Origin: Nanobdellota archaeon
GTDB taxonomy: Archaea > Nanobdellota > Nanobdellia > SCGC-AAA011-G17 > JACPIM01
Assembly (NCBI GenBank): GCA_038045665.1
Contig: JBBSXW010000007.1
Location: 1-56,443, forward strand
DNA: 56,443 bases
Reading direction: 5' to 3'
Under the pieces are notes generated by a model. It ran no database searches, was not told the origin of the DNA, and worked only from the letters and a program-made list of their open reading frames with translations. Of the stretch, positions 9,677 to 18,731 are shown one piece after another. Made by a program: the position numbers and the translations under genes. Positions within the stretch are counted from its first letter, which is position 1. Every line of letters starts with the position of its first letter.

Positions 9677-10771
9677 TTATTCCTGAAATTCTTCGCTCGT
9701 GTATATTTCAAAAAACACGGTTAATATTGATAAAATAAGCGGGCCTATGATTATTCCCACAATTCCAAAAAGCTTAATTCCGCCTAAGACGCCTATTAAT
9801 ATTAAAGCTGGGTGGACTTTGCTTCTGCTTCCTATTATTTTCGGCCTTATTATATTATCTATTGTGCTTACAATAAGCAACCCATATAAAAGTAAACCTA
9901 CGCCGTTTACGGCATCTCCAGTAGCTAGTTTTATTATTGCTGCCGGAAGCCAAACAAAGGCAGCCCCTATAAACGGCAGCATGGATAAAATTATCATGAC
10001 TAATGTCCAAAGTATGGGTGATGAAACATTGAAAATCCATAGGCCTATGCCTCCGACTATTCCTTGGACTATGGCTGTTAAAACAACGCCATAAATTGTT
10101 GCATAAATTGTATCATTGAACTTGTCTGCAATCTCATTTTTGTATTTTCTTTTTAGTGGAAGTGCTTCTTTTATTGAAAATAATAAACCCCTGCCATCCT
10201 TAAATAGATAGAACGTAATGAAAAATGTAACAAACAGCTGGAGTATTTTTTCATGCAGTGTAAATATGAACTCTCCTGTTTTTTGCAATAATGCAGTTGT
10301 TAGCCTATCAAGGGCCTCTTTGATTGAACTGCTTAAGCCAATGTTTTCGCTTAATTTTTCTCCAAAGAGAGTTGACAAATATTTTTCTTCAATTTCCGCG
10401 AAATTAATATTTTTTACTTGGATGAAAAGATCTGCTGCTTCATTAAATACAGCATTTCCTATGAACAATATTGGAAAGATTAGAATAACGATTACTGTAA
10501 TTGAGGTTATTAAGGCGCTAATGGTTTCATTTCTTATAATTTTGAGGACAAAGTTGTAAACTGGGTAGAACAGATAGGCCAAGACTATTGCGCCGAATAT
10601 TGCACCGACAAAAGGCCAAGCCAAGATAATGGACACTAAAAGGATGACTATAAAACTGGCAATAAAAAAATACTTAGAATGTTTTTTTAATTCAAATGAC
10701 GTTTCCACGCATAATTTTTGTGGTTTTTTGTTTATAATCCTTTCGCATCTAATTGACGATCTTAAGGTCAA
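9677..10771 (-). CDS. AI-2E family transporter (PerM/UPF0118)
   Basis: Eight-TM pattern with the FFITFYLFKDG and LSMLPFIGAAFVWLPAAI segments typical of the family. The listed TTG start overlaps the upstream gene, so an internal GTG near 10708 is possible. Confidence 0.7.
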   Translation of the reverse strand: MTLRSSIRCERIINKKPQKLCVETSFELKKHSKYFFIASFIVILLVSIILAWPFVGAIFGAIVLAYLFYPVYNFVLKIIRNETISALITSITVIVILIFPILFIGNAVFNEAADLFIQVKNINFAEIEEKYLSTLFGEKLSENIGLSSSIKEALDRLTTALLQKTGEFIFTLHEKILQLFVTFFITFYLFKDGRGLLFSIKEALPLKRKYKNEIADKFNDTIYATIYGVVLTAIVQGIVGGIGLWIFNVSSPILWTLVMIILSMLPFIGAAFVWLPAAIIKLATGDAVNGVGLLLYGLLIVSTIDNIIRPKIIGSRSKVHPALILIGVLGGIKLFGIVGIIIGPLILSILTVFFEIYTSEEFQE

Positions 10772-11519
10772 TTCTTATTTTGTATACTTTAGGCGCATAT
10801 GGCGAGACCTTTGTCAAATTCAGGATTTTTATTTTCTTCTTATGTAACTTAGCTTCTTCTTTTATTTTTGCGAAAATCTTCTTACGCGCTTCTTTAGCGC
10901 CCCATGTGTAATAGTGAATTATTCCATTTTTTTTAATTTTTTTGAAAGCTAAATAAAGATATTTGCCAGAGGTTTTCGGCAGAGGCATTATTATTCTATC
11001 GAATTTTGTTTTTAAAGCCGGAACTTTCTTTTTTACATCGCCTTGAATTAAGTATACTCCTTCTAATTTATTGATCTCTTTGTTTTCCAATGCGTATTTA
11101 TGAGCAATCCTATTGAGTTCGATGCCGTAAACTATAGTTTCTGGTTGTTTTTTCTTTATTGCGCATATTATAGGGATAACCCCGCTGAACATCACTAATA
11201 TTTTTTCGTGCTTTTTTATTTTACTGGCTAGTCTTTGTCTTTCTGTGAGTTCTCTTGGTGAGAAGTATACCTTTTGCGGGTCAAGCTTTAATAGAAAACC
11301 ATGTTCCTTATGTATTACTTCCGTATCCTTACTACCTAAAATAAGCTTGTATTGCCGCTTTCTTAGTCTGCCTTTTCTACTGGATATTTTTGCCAGTACT
11401 GACTTGATGTGTTTTGATTTTTTTAGCATTTCTTGAGCTACTTTTTTGTCTTTTTCTTTGTTATGCGATTCGATAATGGCTACTGCTTTTTCTTTATTCC
11501 CTATTATTTCATAATTCAT
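10749..11519 (-). CDS. Class I SAM-dependent methyltransferase, Trm5/Met-10+ like
   Basis: ILVMFSGVIPI...GIELN...A..N...GDVKK...DRIIMPLP follows the Met-10+/Trm5 motif order. Confidence 0.6.
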   Translation of the reverse strand: MNYEIIGNKEKAVAIIESHNKEKDKKVAQEMLKKSKHIKSVLAKISSRKGRLRKRQYKLILGSKDTEVIHKEHGFLLKLDPQKVYFSPRELTERQRLASKIKKHEKILVMFSGVIPIICAIKKKQPETIVYGIELNRIAHKYALENKEINKLEGVYLIQGDVKKKVPALKTKFDRIIMPLPKTSGKYLYLAFKKIKKNGIIHYYTWGAKEARKKIFAKIKEEAKLHKKKIKILNLTKVSPYAPKVYKIRIDLKIVN

Positions 11520-12130
11520 TTTGGCAATTTGTTTATTTCATGTTTAAGATTGGTATTTTTTGTAAAAAGGATTGTTTTCATTCCTAATTTTTCTGCAGGA
11601 ATAAGATTCTCTCTTTGGTCGTCTATTAATAGGCATTCTTCCGGATTTAAATTATAAGTCTTTAACAACCTCTTATATATTGATATATTTGGCTTGGCTG
11701 ATTTTGCTTCGAACGAAGTTAATATGCCTAAGAACAGATCGTCATAATTATATTTCTTTTTTTGGTATTGAAACCATTCTCTCGTGTGGTTTGTGATTGC
11801 ATATAAATCAAATTGTTTTTTTAGACTCTTTATTAACATGATTATTTCTTTGTTTGGCTTTTGAGAATGGTAGAGGAAGTAGGCCATTTTATTAGTTGAA
11901 ATCTTCAGGTGGTATCTTCTTCTTTGCTTGTTAAAAAATTGCTCTGCATTAATTTTTCCTAGCCGCCAATCTTCCCAATCTTGTTTAATATATTTATTAA
12001 TATGCTCTTCCTTAAAAAATTCTGGATTGGTTGTGCTAAAGGTTATTCTTGCAAATGCCTTCAAGATTGCATTAAATTTTCCTTTTTTGACTACTACGCC
12101 GCCTATGTCAAATATTATGTTTTTTATCAT
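11516..12130 (-). CDS. HAD-superfamily hydrolase (subfamily IA-like)
   Basis: Motif I is IIFDIGGVVV, the C-terminal acidic motif is LLIDDQRENL, and a helical cap insert lies between them. Confidence 0.7.
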   Translation of the reverse strand: MIKNIIFDIGGVVVKKGKFNAILKAFARITFSTTNPEFFKEEHINKYIKQDWEDWRLGKINAEQFFNKQRRRYHLKISTNKMAYFLYHSQKPNKEIIMLIKSLKKQFDLYAITNHTREWFQYQKKKYNYDDLFLGILTSFEAKSAKPNISIYKRLLKTYNLNPEECLLIDDQRENLIPAEKLGMKTILFTKNTNLKHEINKLPK

Positions 12131-12290
12131 CTAAATAAAATGAGAAAGGTAGATTTAAAATTATTGCTTTATTCGGGTTTTGTTATACAATTTAGAAAGT
12201 CTTTTTTTCAATTCTTTTTGTGCATATACTAGTACTAGATCAGATGTAACTTCCAAAATTCGCCCTTAACTAGGAGTTAATATTTTTTCT

Positions 12291-12386
12291 GCTACGCTTA
12301 CGCCGAGCGCGCGATACAAGAACTGCAAGTCCCAGGTGCAACTGAGGTCGGCTATGCCCAAAAAGTTGGCGCTGAACCCCACGGCT
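12291..12386. ncRNA. Unassigned GC-rich structured element (candidate small RNA or 3' UTR structure)
   Basis: A stretch of about 96 nt is clearly G+C-richer than its AT-rich flanks and holds no credible ORF. Its ends pair: GCCG+AGCGC (12302..12310) with GCGCT (12369..12373) and CGGC (12382..12385). Internal hairpins are present. Class and strand are unresolved. Confidence 0.3.
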
Positions 12387-12390
12387 CTTT

Positions 12391-12942
12391 CTATATTTGA
12401 TCTTCTCTTGAATTAATTCTCCAAAGGTAACAATCTGTGCCATTAATCCATCTATAAATAGAATTTATTTCTTGAGGATTATCATCTTCAAATATTGCTT
12501 TTAGGACTTTTTTATCTATTTTAGTTATTTTTCCATTTGGTCCTGCAATATTTTGTCTAATAGTTACTTGATTATTTTGGTTATAGTTATGAATAACCTC
12601 ATCTGATCTTTCTGATTGGTTTTTTGGTTGGTATCTTATTCTTGTTAGGGTTATGAATTCATATTGCCTCAAAGTTTGTTGTAAGAAGGGTCTTATTTCT
12701 TCTATTTCTCTTTTTTTTCTTGAGTCATTTCTTTGGTTATATGCTGCCTTAGAAATTGCATGTACTAAAGGCGTATCTGGAGTATAGAATTTATTATTTT
12801 GTCTTGCTTTATTTGAGTATTTTACCCATCCATCTTGTGTTCTTCGTCTTCCATTATCTAATAAAGATTTTGCTAAAAGAACTGTACAAATTTTATCTCT
12901 GTATTGGGCTTCTTCTATTGTCCAGAATTTATTCTTTGACAT
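12391..12942 (-). CDS. Hypothetical protein
   Basis: 183-aa ORF with coding-like composition and no motif I recognise. Confidence 0.45.
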   Translation of the reverse strand: MSKNKFWTIEEAQYRDKICTVLLAKSLLDNGRRRTQDGWVKYSNKARQNNKFYTPDTPLVHAISKAAYNQRNDSRKKREIEEIRPFLQQTLRQYEFITLTRIRYQPKNQSERSDEVIHNYNQNNQVTIRQNIAGPNGKITKIDKKVLKAIFEDDNPQEINSIYRWINGTDCYLWRINSREDQI

Positions 12943-13050
12943 TTTAATTAAAAAAGTAGGAGATTTTGTATTTTTAAGGCTTTCAGTTTTAGTGGCTACT
13001 ATAGAATTATCCTCTAGTCCAGGAACTAAAGCATTTGTTCTTTTGGTTTT

Positions 13051-13383
13051 TTATTTTGAGGTAATAGGGCTTATTACTATTTGATTATTATCCCCCAAAC
13101 CAAATTCTACTTTTTCTCCCTTATGAAGGCCTAAAATCTCTCCTACTTCCTTGGGGATTCGTAAAATTAAATTGCTTTTTACTTTACTCAAGGTGAGATG
13201 ATACTTCATCTTCTTTAGTTTATTCAATAAAAAAATCTTTTCTGCTTTCGTTGGATTGTAATATGTTTCCCCGCAAGATTCACATCTCCATCCATCAATA
13301 TCAAAACCATTAAATCTTAGATTTTTTACATATCTTGCTATTTTTCCACATGCGCATTTCATTCCTTTCATTTTACCCTTCAT
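13051..13383 (-). CDS. Zinc-ribbon plus AbrB/SpoVT-like (swapped-hairpin) DNA-binding protein, antitoxin-like
   Basis: CxC...CxxC ribbon (CACGK...CESCGETYY), then LILRIPKEVGEILGLHKGEKVEF. The architecture matches 31164..31493 and 25968..26381. Confidence 0.55.
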   Translation of the reverse strand: MKGKMKGMKCACGKIARYVKNLRFNGFDIDGWRCESCGETYYNPTKAEKIFLLNKLKKMKYHLTLSKVKSNLILRIPKEVGEILGLHKGEKVEFGLGDNNQIVISPITSK

Positions 13384-13566
13384 TTATTTTTTTGTAAACC
13401 TGCCAACGTGTGCGATTAAATATACTTCTTCGTTATACAGATAATTGTATGACTTGATTATTACTATGTTATATATTTTGTCCCTTGTCAAACCAAATTT
13501 CTTCTGTATTTTTTGCTCGTTTTCTGGGTGCTTTGCAACCTTTTTCCAATATATTTTTGCAGTCAC
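13384..13566 (-). CDS. Small protein abutting the antitoxin-like gene with no spacer (toxin candidate)
   Basis: The 60-aa ORF ends at 13384, one base from the start of the downstream gene at 13383. The KHPENEQKIQKKFGLTRDKIYNIV segment loosely resembles the KHAADKAKLWAVTDEQIKIAI segment of 30954..31157. Confidence 0.3.
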   Translation of the reverse strand: MTAKIYWKKVAKHPENEQKIQKKFGLTRDKIYNIVIIKSYNYLYNEEVYLIAHVGRFTKK

Positions 13567-13706
13567 GCAACATTAACCCAAACCTAATCATTTCTGTTGG
13601 TGCACTTTTGGACGGTATTAATCTTAATCTATTAAACCTTTCTTAAAACATACGGCATCAACTTATGTTGTTAGGATATGTTATAGTATATAAGTTTATG
13701 GTTTTA

Positions 13707-14720
13707 TCAATTTGTCCAAGAATCTAACCCTTGTTGTTCTTTTGGTTTTTTTGTTATTTTACTTAATGTTTTTTCTACTCTTTCTTGAGAGAAATCGTGC
13801 TCATCCACGAGAAGTTTAAGCACTTTTTCTTTGTTTACTTCATTCCATTTTAATTGGTAATTCTTCATTACGGGCATAGACTTAAATATCGCATAGATTT
13901 GTTTCCAGTTGAAATCTGGTTTTAGCCCGTTAAATAATTTGTCAAAGTCTTTGTATTGTTTCACGAGATTTAGTGCTTTTTTTGGTCCAATATTCCTTAC
14001 GCCGCCGGGATTATAATCCGTGCCATTTAGGATGCCCAAAACTATTAGTTGATCTTGGTTGATTTGCAAATGATTTAGTACGTCTTTCAATTCTATCAAT
14101 TCCGGTTGTATGTAAACAAATTTATTTCCAGGTAATCTTCTTGTCTGGGATAAAGTCAGATTGGTTATTGTTCTAGGACAACCATGCAAAAGACAATCCG
14201 CATCACTACTATTAAACCCCCATAAATCGTTTCTTTCAACCATGAATGCGCCCTGTGCATCAGCCTCACTTGGCGATTGGACTATCGGGATGCCTAGCGC
14301 TTGGATTAATTCTTTTGATTCTTGAACCATTTCATTATTTAGATAAGTAACTTGCTTAGAATATTTATACATGGACGCTATATCTTCTTCATCTTTTGCT
14401 AGTTTATATTTCTCATGTGCTTTTTCCTTTCTTTCCCTTCTTGCTTGCTGGGTTTGAAACTTTAAATCTGGGGGCTTTCCATCGAAGATGTAGACAAGAA
14501 AGAGATTTTTTTCAATTAGGTTGGCAGTTCTAGTGAGGATTCCCATAAGATGAGATGTAATATTGCCCTTAGAATCCATTAGAGGAGTACCATCCTTTTG
14601 TCTTATTGAACTTAAGAATTGATAAATTGAGTTGCTAGCGTCTATGCCGATTTTTTTTCCTTTCAAATCTTCCCAGGAAAGTGTTTTTACAGGCAGAATT
14701 CCAGGCAATTTAACTCCCAT
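13707..14720 (-). CDS. fen: Flap endonuclease 1
   Basis: MGVKLPGILP...IDASNSIYQFL...VYIFDGKPP...SPSEADAQ...GTDYNPGG are the XPG-N/XPG-I motifs of archaeal FEN1. Confidence 0.92.
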   Translation of the reverse strand: MGVKLPGILPVKTLSWEDLKGKKIGIDASNSIYQFLSSIRQKDGTPLMDSKGNITSHLMGILTRTANLIEKNLFLVYIFDGKPPDLKFQTQQARRERKEKAHEKYKLAKDEEDIASMYKYSKQVTYLNNEMVQESKELIQALGIPIVQSPSEADAQGAFMVERNDLWGFNSSDADCLLHGCPRTITNLTLSQTRRLPGNKFVYIQPELIELKDVLNHLQINQDQLIVLGILNGTDYNPGGVRNIGPKKALNLVKQYKDFDKLFNGLKPDFNWKQIYAIFKSMPVMKNYQLKWNEVNKEKVLKLLVDEHDFSQERVEKTLSKITKKPKEQQGLDSWTN

Positions 14721-14783
14721 TGGTATATTTTAGCGTTCAAGAAAATTTATAAATGTTGCTTGGATTTCAATTAATGAAGAAAG

Positions 14784-15455
14784 ATGGTGATAAAAGAAGC
14801 TTATTTTAATCATAAAGGCGGGAAATACATTTATAGAATTCATAAAGATAAAATTGATAGGTTGTGCAAGGGGAATTTTAGCTCCCTGAAGGGATACCTG
14901 CTGAATATGCTAAATAAATGCCCTCACGAGTACTTTAATGGAGGACCTAGAAGCTCTTGCTTGAGATTTAATTTTATTGAGAGCGCAATGCAGATTGCTG
15001 GGCATGAAGTTTCTGTGTTGGCAAGGCATGGACTAACGCATAATAATGGTAGATTTAAAGACAAGCATTCCCAAGTGCAAGCCTTTATGCTGGAAAACGA
15101 TACAAACACTATAGCCATGGAGGTGCCGATATGGCTATTGCCTAATGAGCTTGGCAACTATAGAGCAATATTCAATAGTGAAGAAGTGCTTACTGGGCAT
15201 ATTGATCTTCTTAGGATTGAAGATGGTAGACTATGGATCTGGGATTATAAACCGAATGCGAATAAAGAGAAATATGCAACTACCCAAACTTTTTTTTATG
15301 CTTACATGCTTTCTAAGAGGGCTGGGATTTCTTTGAAAAATGTAAGATGCGGGTATTTTGATCATAATTTTGCATTTGTTTACAAACCGGAGCAAGACAC
15401 TTTATTAAAATTGAATAAACAGAGAGTTTTAGAGGATTCATTAAAAAGAGAATAA
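14784..15455 (+). CDS. PD-(D/E)xK nuclease, RecB/Cas4-like fold
   Basis: GHIDLLRIEDGRLWIWDYKP...TQTFFYAYM gives a D...(D/E)xK motif plus a QxxxY motif. No C-terminal Cys cluster is seen. Confidence 0.5.
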   Translation: MVIKEAYFNHKGGKYIYRIHKDKIDRLCKGNFSSLKGYLLNMLNKCPHEYFNGGPRSSCLRFNFIESAMQIAGHEVSVLARHGLTHNNGRFKDKHSQVQAFMLENDTNTIAMEVPIWLLPNELGNYRAIFNSEEVLTGHIDLLRIEDGRLWIWDYKPNANKEKYATTQTFFYAYMLSKRAGISLKNVRCGYFDHNFAFVYKPEQDTLLKLNKQRVLEDSLKRE

Positions 15456-17738
15456 TTTCGTTTGTTTTGAACCGGCGATTAATTCTTCAAAGTTTAAATT
15501 GAAAAAAATTAAAATCATATCCGCTATAGGTTTAATTTGTTTTTCTATGTAATGATCGTAATCAAGCTTGTGCTTTTGCGCTTGCTTTGGTTCTGGACCA
15601 TCTGAGGTAATATAATACTCCACAACCCCCCCTTTGAAGTCTTTTAATTTTCTGGCAGCTTTCAGATGAGGAGTGCGCACTGCGTATCCTTCTAAACCTT
15701 TTCTTAATTGTTTTCTATAAACTAATTTATCATCATATTTTCCATCTCTAATATCATTGATAAATTTTTTTACAAAACTAGCAATTTCTTTTTCATGAAA
15801 TATTCTGTTTAAAATTTCTTTCTGGAATATTTGTGCAGCTTCGGTCCAATCACTTCTCACAGATTCAATACCTACAGTTTCAATTTTTTCCTTTCCGTCT
15901 TTTTTTATCAATCCAGCATATCTTTTCTTAGCTCCTTTTTCACTACCCCTTATTCTTGGCATTAAGAATCTGATATAATTCTTTTCGAATTTCAATTCTA
16001 AGAAGGATTCTCTTTTATATTCCTTTTTTATATGCTCCATATAGAAGTCGTTTATGTATTTCTCAATTTCTCTCCCAATTTTTTCAGCTTCGCTTGGCGA
16101 TTTTGCTTTTGAATTGATAAAACAGCTATCTGTGTCTTGGTATATCACCTCATAACCTTTTTCTTCTATTTTTTTAGCTGTAAGCTTTATTATATGCTGA
16201 CCAAAGTTTGTTATTGCATTTGCCATGTCCATATCAAAAAATCTAAAAGAGGGATTGGCAAAAATGCCCCAAAAAGAATTGAGAACAATTTTAATCGCAT
16301 ATTGAGCCATATTGTTTTCTTGCTTTCTAAATTTTTCCCTTTCTTCTAACAGGGTTTTAATTATCTCCTGTATGGTGCCATTTTCATTTCTAAAATAAAC
16401 ATTGTTTGGAGCTTTAATTGCGTTTTTTTCTTTCTTTTTTCCTAAAAATGAAGAAGGATCGAGATTGAAGGTTCTCATCATGCTTGTATACAGAGATTTG
16501 AAGTCTAAAACAAGAACATTGTCATAAATGCCTGGCTTGGACTCCATTACAAACCCGCCAGTTATTCTAGATGGCTTTTCAGAAAATTTTCCAGATGGGC
16601 AAACTAGCTTTCTATCCCTGGCTTTTTTTAAGTAAATTGAATCAAATGAGGCTATTGATGCAGATACCCTATCGAGAGGCATGCCTGTTAAAAGAGACCT
16701 TTGTATTGTTAGGTCTAACGTATTTGATTTATTGATTATATCATAAACTAATTTGGCGTCTTTTAAATTATAATCCAATAATTGCTGCGGGTCATTCCTG
16801 TAAATTGAATCTATTTTAGACTTGTCTTCATGCTTGAGAAGTTTTTTGTCTTTTAAGATGTCTGCCGCTACGGTATCAAGCTTATAATCCCTTACTTTGA
16901 TAAATGATGATTTTAATATTGACAGGCCATCTAAAACTTGCCTTCCGGCTACATCTGCTTTGCTGTCTCGAAAGAAGTCAGATTGAATCTTTATTTTTGA
17001 AGGCGAATCGTCCCTACCCAACTTGAAAGGAATTCTATATTGCTGGAATTTGTTTTTAAGGAAATTTAAATCGAAGTCTATGACATTCCATCCGGTAATT
17101 ACATCTGGGTCTTCTAGAAGAATTATTTTTTGAAAATTTTCCAATAGGGTTTCTTCATTTTGACAAGTGATTGTATTTTTGAATTTTTCTTTCGAGATAA
17201 TTAAGGACTTTATATAGTTTTCAGAGTAAAGCGAAATACAATAAAGTTTTTTTCCATCCAGACTTGTTTCAATGTCTAAAGAAAGGATTTTCAGATTTGG
17301 AGGCTTATACTCTGTGGGCGATAGTTCTGGCTCCCTATATATCCTGTCTACTGTTTGGTGCATAGCATAATCTCCTAGTATCTCTAATGCGCCTTGTATT
17401 TTTTTATCTATCAAGAATCTATAAGAAAATCTTATGTCTGCTTCATAGCATTCGATATTCATTTTTTCAAATTGGGATCTTAATTTTGGAACATCTTGTG
17501 GAATGTCAAGAATTATTTTTGTTACTGGTTCTTTTTTAAAATTAGTTAAATCTGTTTTTTCAAATTTGAATTTTCCTAATTCATGCGCTTTTTTTAAATC
17601 TGAAGTTTTTATGAAAAAATAAGGCATAAAATAATTGATCGTTAGGAATGATTGTCCGTTTTCTAATCTTCCGTATAAATAAATATATGCTTTATTTTCA
17701 ATTATCCTATAAGTTGCGTAGATTATGAAACCTTTCAT
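15441..17738 (-). CDS. polB: Family B DNA polymerase
   Basis: Exonuclease motifs are LSLDIETS and GWNVIDFDLNFL. Polymerase motifs are DFKSLYTSMM, KIVLNSFWG and YQDTDS. Confidence 0.93.
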   Translation of the reverse strand: MKGFIIYATYRIIENKAYIYLYGRLENGQSFLTINYFMPYFFIKTSDLKKAHELGKFKFEKTDLTNFKKEPVTKIILDIPQDVPKLRSQFEKMNIECYEADIRFSYRFLIDKKIQGALEILGDYAMHQTVDRIYREPELSPTEYKPPNLKILSLDIETSLDGKKLYCISLYSENYIKSLIISKEKFKNTITCQNEETLLENFQKIILLEDPDVITGWNVIDFDLNFLKNKFQQYRIPFKLGRDDSPSKIKIQSDFFRDSKADVAGRQVLDGLSILKSSFIKVRDYKLDTVAADILKDKKLLKHEDKSKIDSIYRNDPQQLLDYNLKDAKLVYDIINKSNTLDLTIQRSLLTGMPLDRVSASIASFDSIYLKKARDRKLVCPSGKFSEKPSRITGGFVMESKPGIYDNVLVLDFKSLYTSMMRTFNLDPSSFLGKKKEKNAIKAPNNVYFRNENGTIQEIIKTLLEEREKFRKQENNMAQYAIKIVLNSFWGIFANPSFRFFDMDMANAITNFGQHIIKLTAKKIEEKGYEVIYQDTDSCFINSKAKSPSEAEKIGREIEKYINDFYMEHIKKEYKRESFLELKFEKNYIRFLMPRIRGSEKGAKKRYAGLIKKDGKEKIETVGIESVRSDWTEAAQIFQKEILNRIFHEKEIASFVKKFINDIRDGKYDDKLVYRKQLRKGLEGYAVRTPHLKAARKLKDFKGGVVEYYITSDGPEPKQAQKHKLDYDHYIEKQIKPIADMILIFFNLNFEELIAGSKQTKLFSF

Positions 17739-17761
17739 ATCACAAACAGCGGTTGTAAATA

Positions 17762-17769
17762 TTTATAAA
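17762..17769 (+). promoter_or_regulatory. TATA-box-like TTTATAAA upstream of map
   Basis: Centred about 26 nt upstream of the ATG at 17792. Confidence 0.4.
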
Positions 17770-17791
17770 TTATGTTTTTAGCTTGCTCTAG

Positions 17792-18658
17792 ATGGATGAT
17801 TACCTGAAATCTGGGGAGATTTGCAATAAAGCTCGAGAATACGGAGTTTCTTTACTTAAAGAGGGAGCTAAATTTGCCGATATTGCTGAAAAAATTGAAG
17901 CAAAAATCGAGGAATTAGGTGGCAAGCCTGCTTTTCCTATTGATATTGGCATAGATTACTTGGCGGCACATGATTCTCCTAAGCATAACGATGAAAGGAT
18001 CTTGAAAAAAGGAGATGTTGTTAAGCTTGATTTGGGGGTGCATGTAAATGGGGCTGTGACTGATACGGCTGTTACTGTTGAGATTGGAACCTTTAAGTTT
18101 AAGAAATTGATTGAATGTTCTGAAGAAGCGTTAAATAACGCTGTTAAGATTGTAAAACCAGGGATTAAAATAAGAGAAATCGGCAAGATAATTCAAGAAA
18201 CTATAGAAAAATATGGATTTTCTCCGATAATCAATCTTTCTGGGCATAGGGTAAATCTATATGAAGTGCATGCTAAGCCAAGCATTCCCAATTACGACAA
18301 TAAAGACAACACTACCCTTAGTGAGGGCGATGTGATTGCTATTGAGCCTTTTGTGACGACAGGAGAGGGCAAGATCGTGGAAGGAAAGCCTAGCGGGATT
18401 TATGAGCTTGTCGATGATAAAAGTATTAGGGATAATAACGCCAGGAAGATTTTAGAATTTGTTAAAGAAGAATATGGAAGACTGCCTTTTTCTGAGAGAT
18501 GGCTGATCAAAAAATTTGGAAATATTGCTAGACTAGCCTTGCTTTTGCTAGAAAGGGATGGGATTATCAAACAATTTAATATTTTGCCTGAAATTAGTAA
18601 AGGGCAGGTGGCTCAAGCAGAAAGAACCTTGATTGTTGGAAAAGGCGTGATAAATTAA
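17792..18658 (+). CDS. map: Methionine aminopeptidase, type 2 (archaeal)
   Basis: 288 aa with the pita-bread fold motifs AFPIDIGIDYLAAHDSP, VKLDLGVHVNG, SGHRV and AIEPF. Confidence 0.9.
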   Translation: MDDYLKSGEICNKAREYGVSLLKEGAKFADIAEKIEAKIEELGGKPAFPIDIGIDYLAAHDSPKHNDERILKKGDVVKLDLGVHVNGAVTDTAVTVEIGTFKFKKLIECSEEALNNAVKIVKPGIKIREIGKIIQETIEKYGFSPIINLSGHRVNLYEVHAKPSIPNYDNKDNTTLSEGDVIAIEPFVTTGEGKIVEGKPSGIYELVDDKSIRDNNARKILEFVKEEYGRLPFSERWLIKKFGNIARLALLLLERDGIIKQFNILPEISKGQVAQAERTLIVGKGVIN

Positions 18659-18731
18659 CGCCTTATTGATAGAAATATTTAAATACTACAGTAAACATAA
18701 ATAATTAATTATATTTAGTCTGCTAAATAAA

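Noticed and set aside
12229-12238. 10-bp palindrome CTAGTACTAG upstream of the GC-rich island
   Set aside because: It is a single short palindrome in AT-rich intergenic DNA, with no partner repeat and no adjacent gene start needing an operator. It is consistent with chance.
12291-12386. GC-rich island considered as SRP RNA Alu domain, RNase P RNA, 5S rRNA or a (split or intron-containing) tRNA
   Set aside because: CUGCAAGUCCCAGG loosely resembles the SRP helix-4 loop, and AAGUCC/CGGCUA loosely resemble RNase P CR-I/CR-V. However, the element is only about 96 nt and its flanks are AT-rich or coding. It has no S-domain motifs, no GAAC-CGGAAG 5S motif, no T-arm and no 7-bp acceptor pairing. It is kept only as an unassigned candidate.
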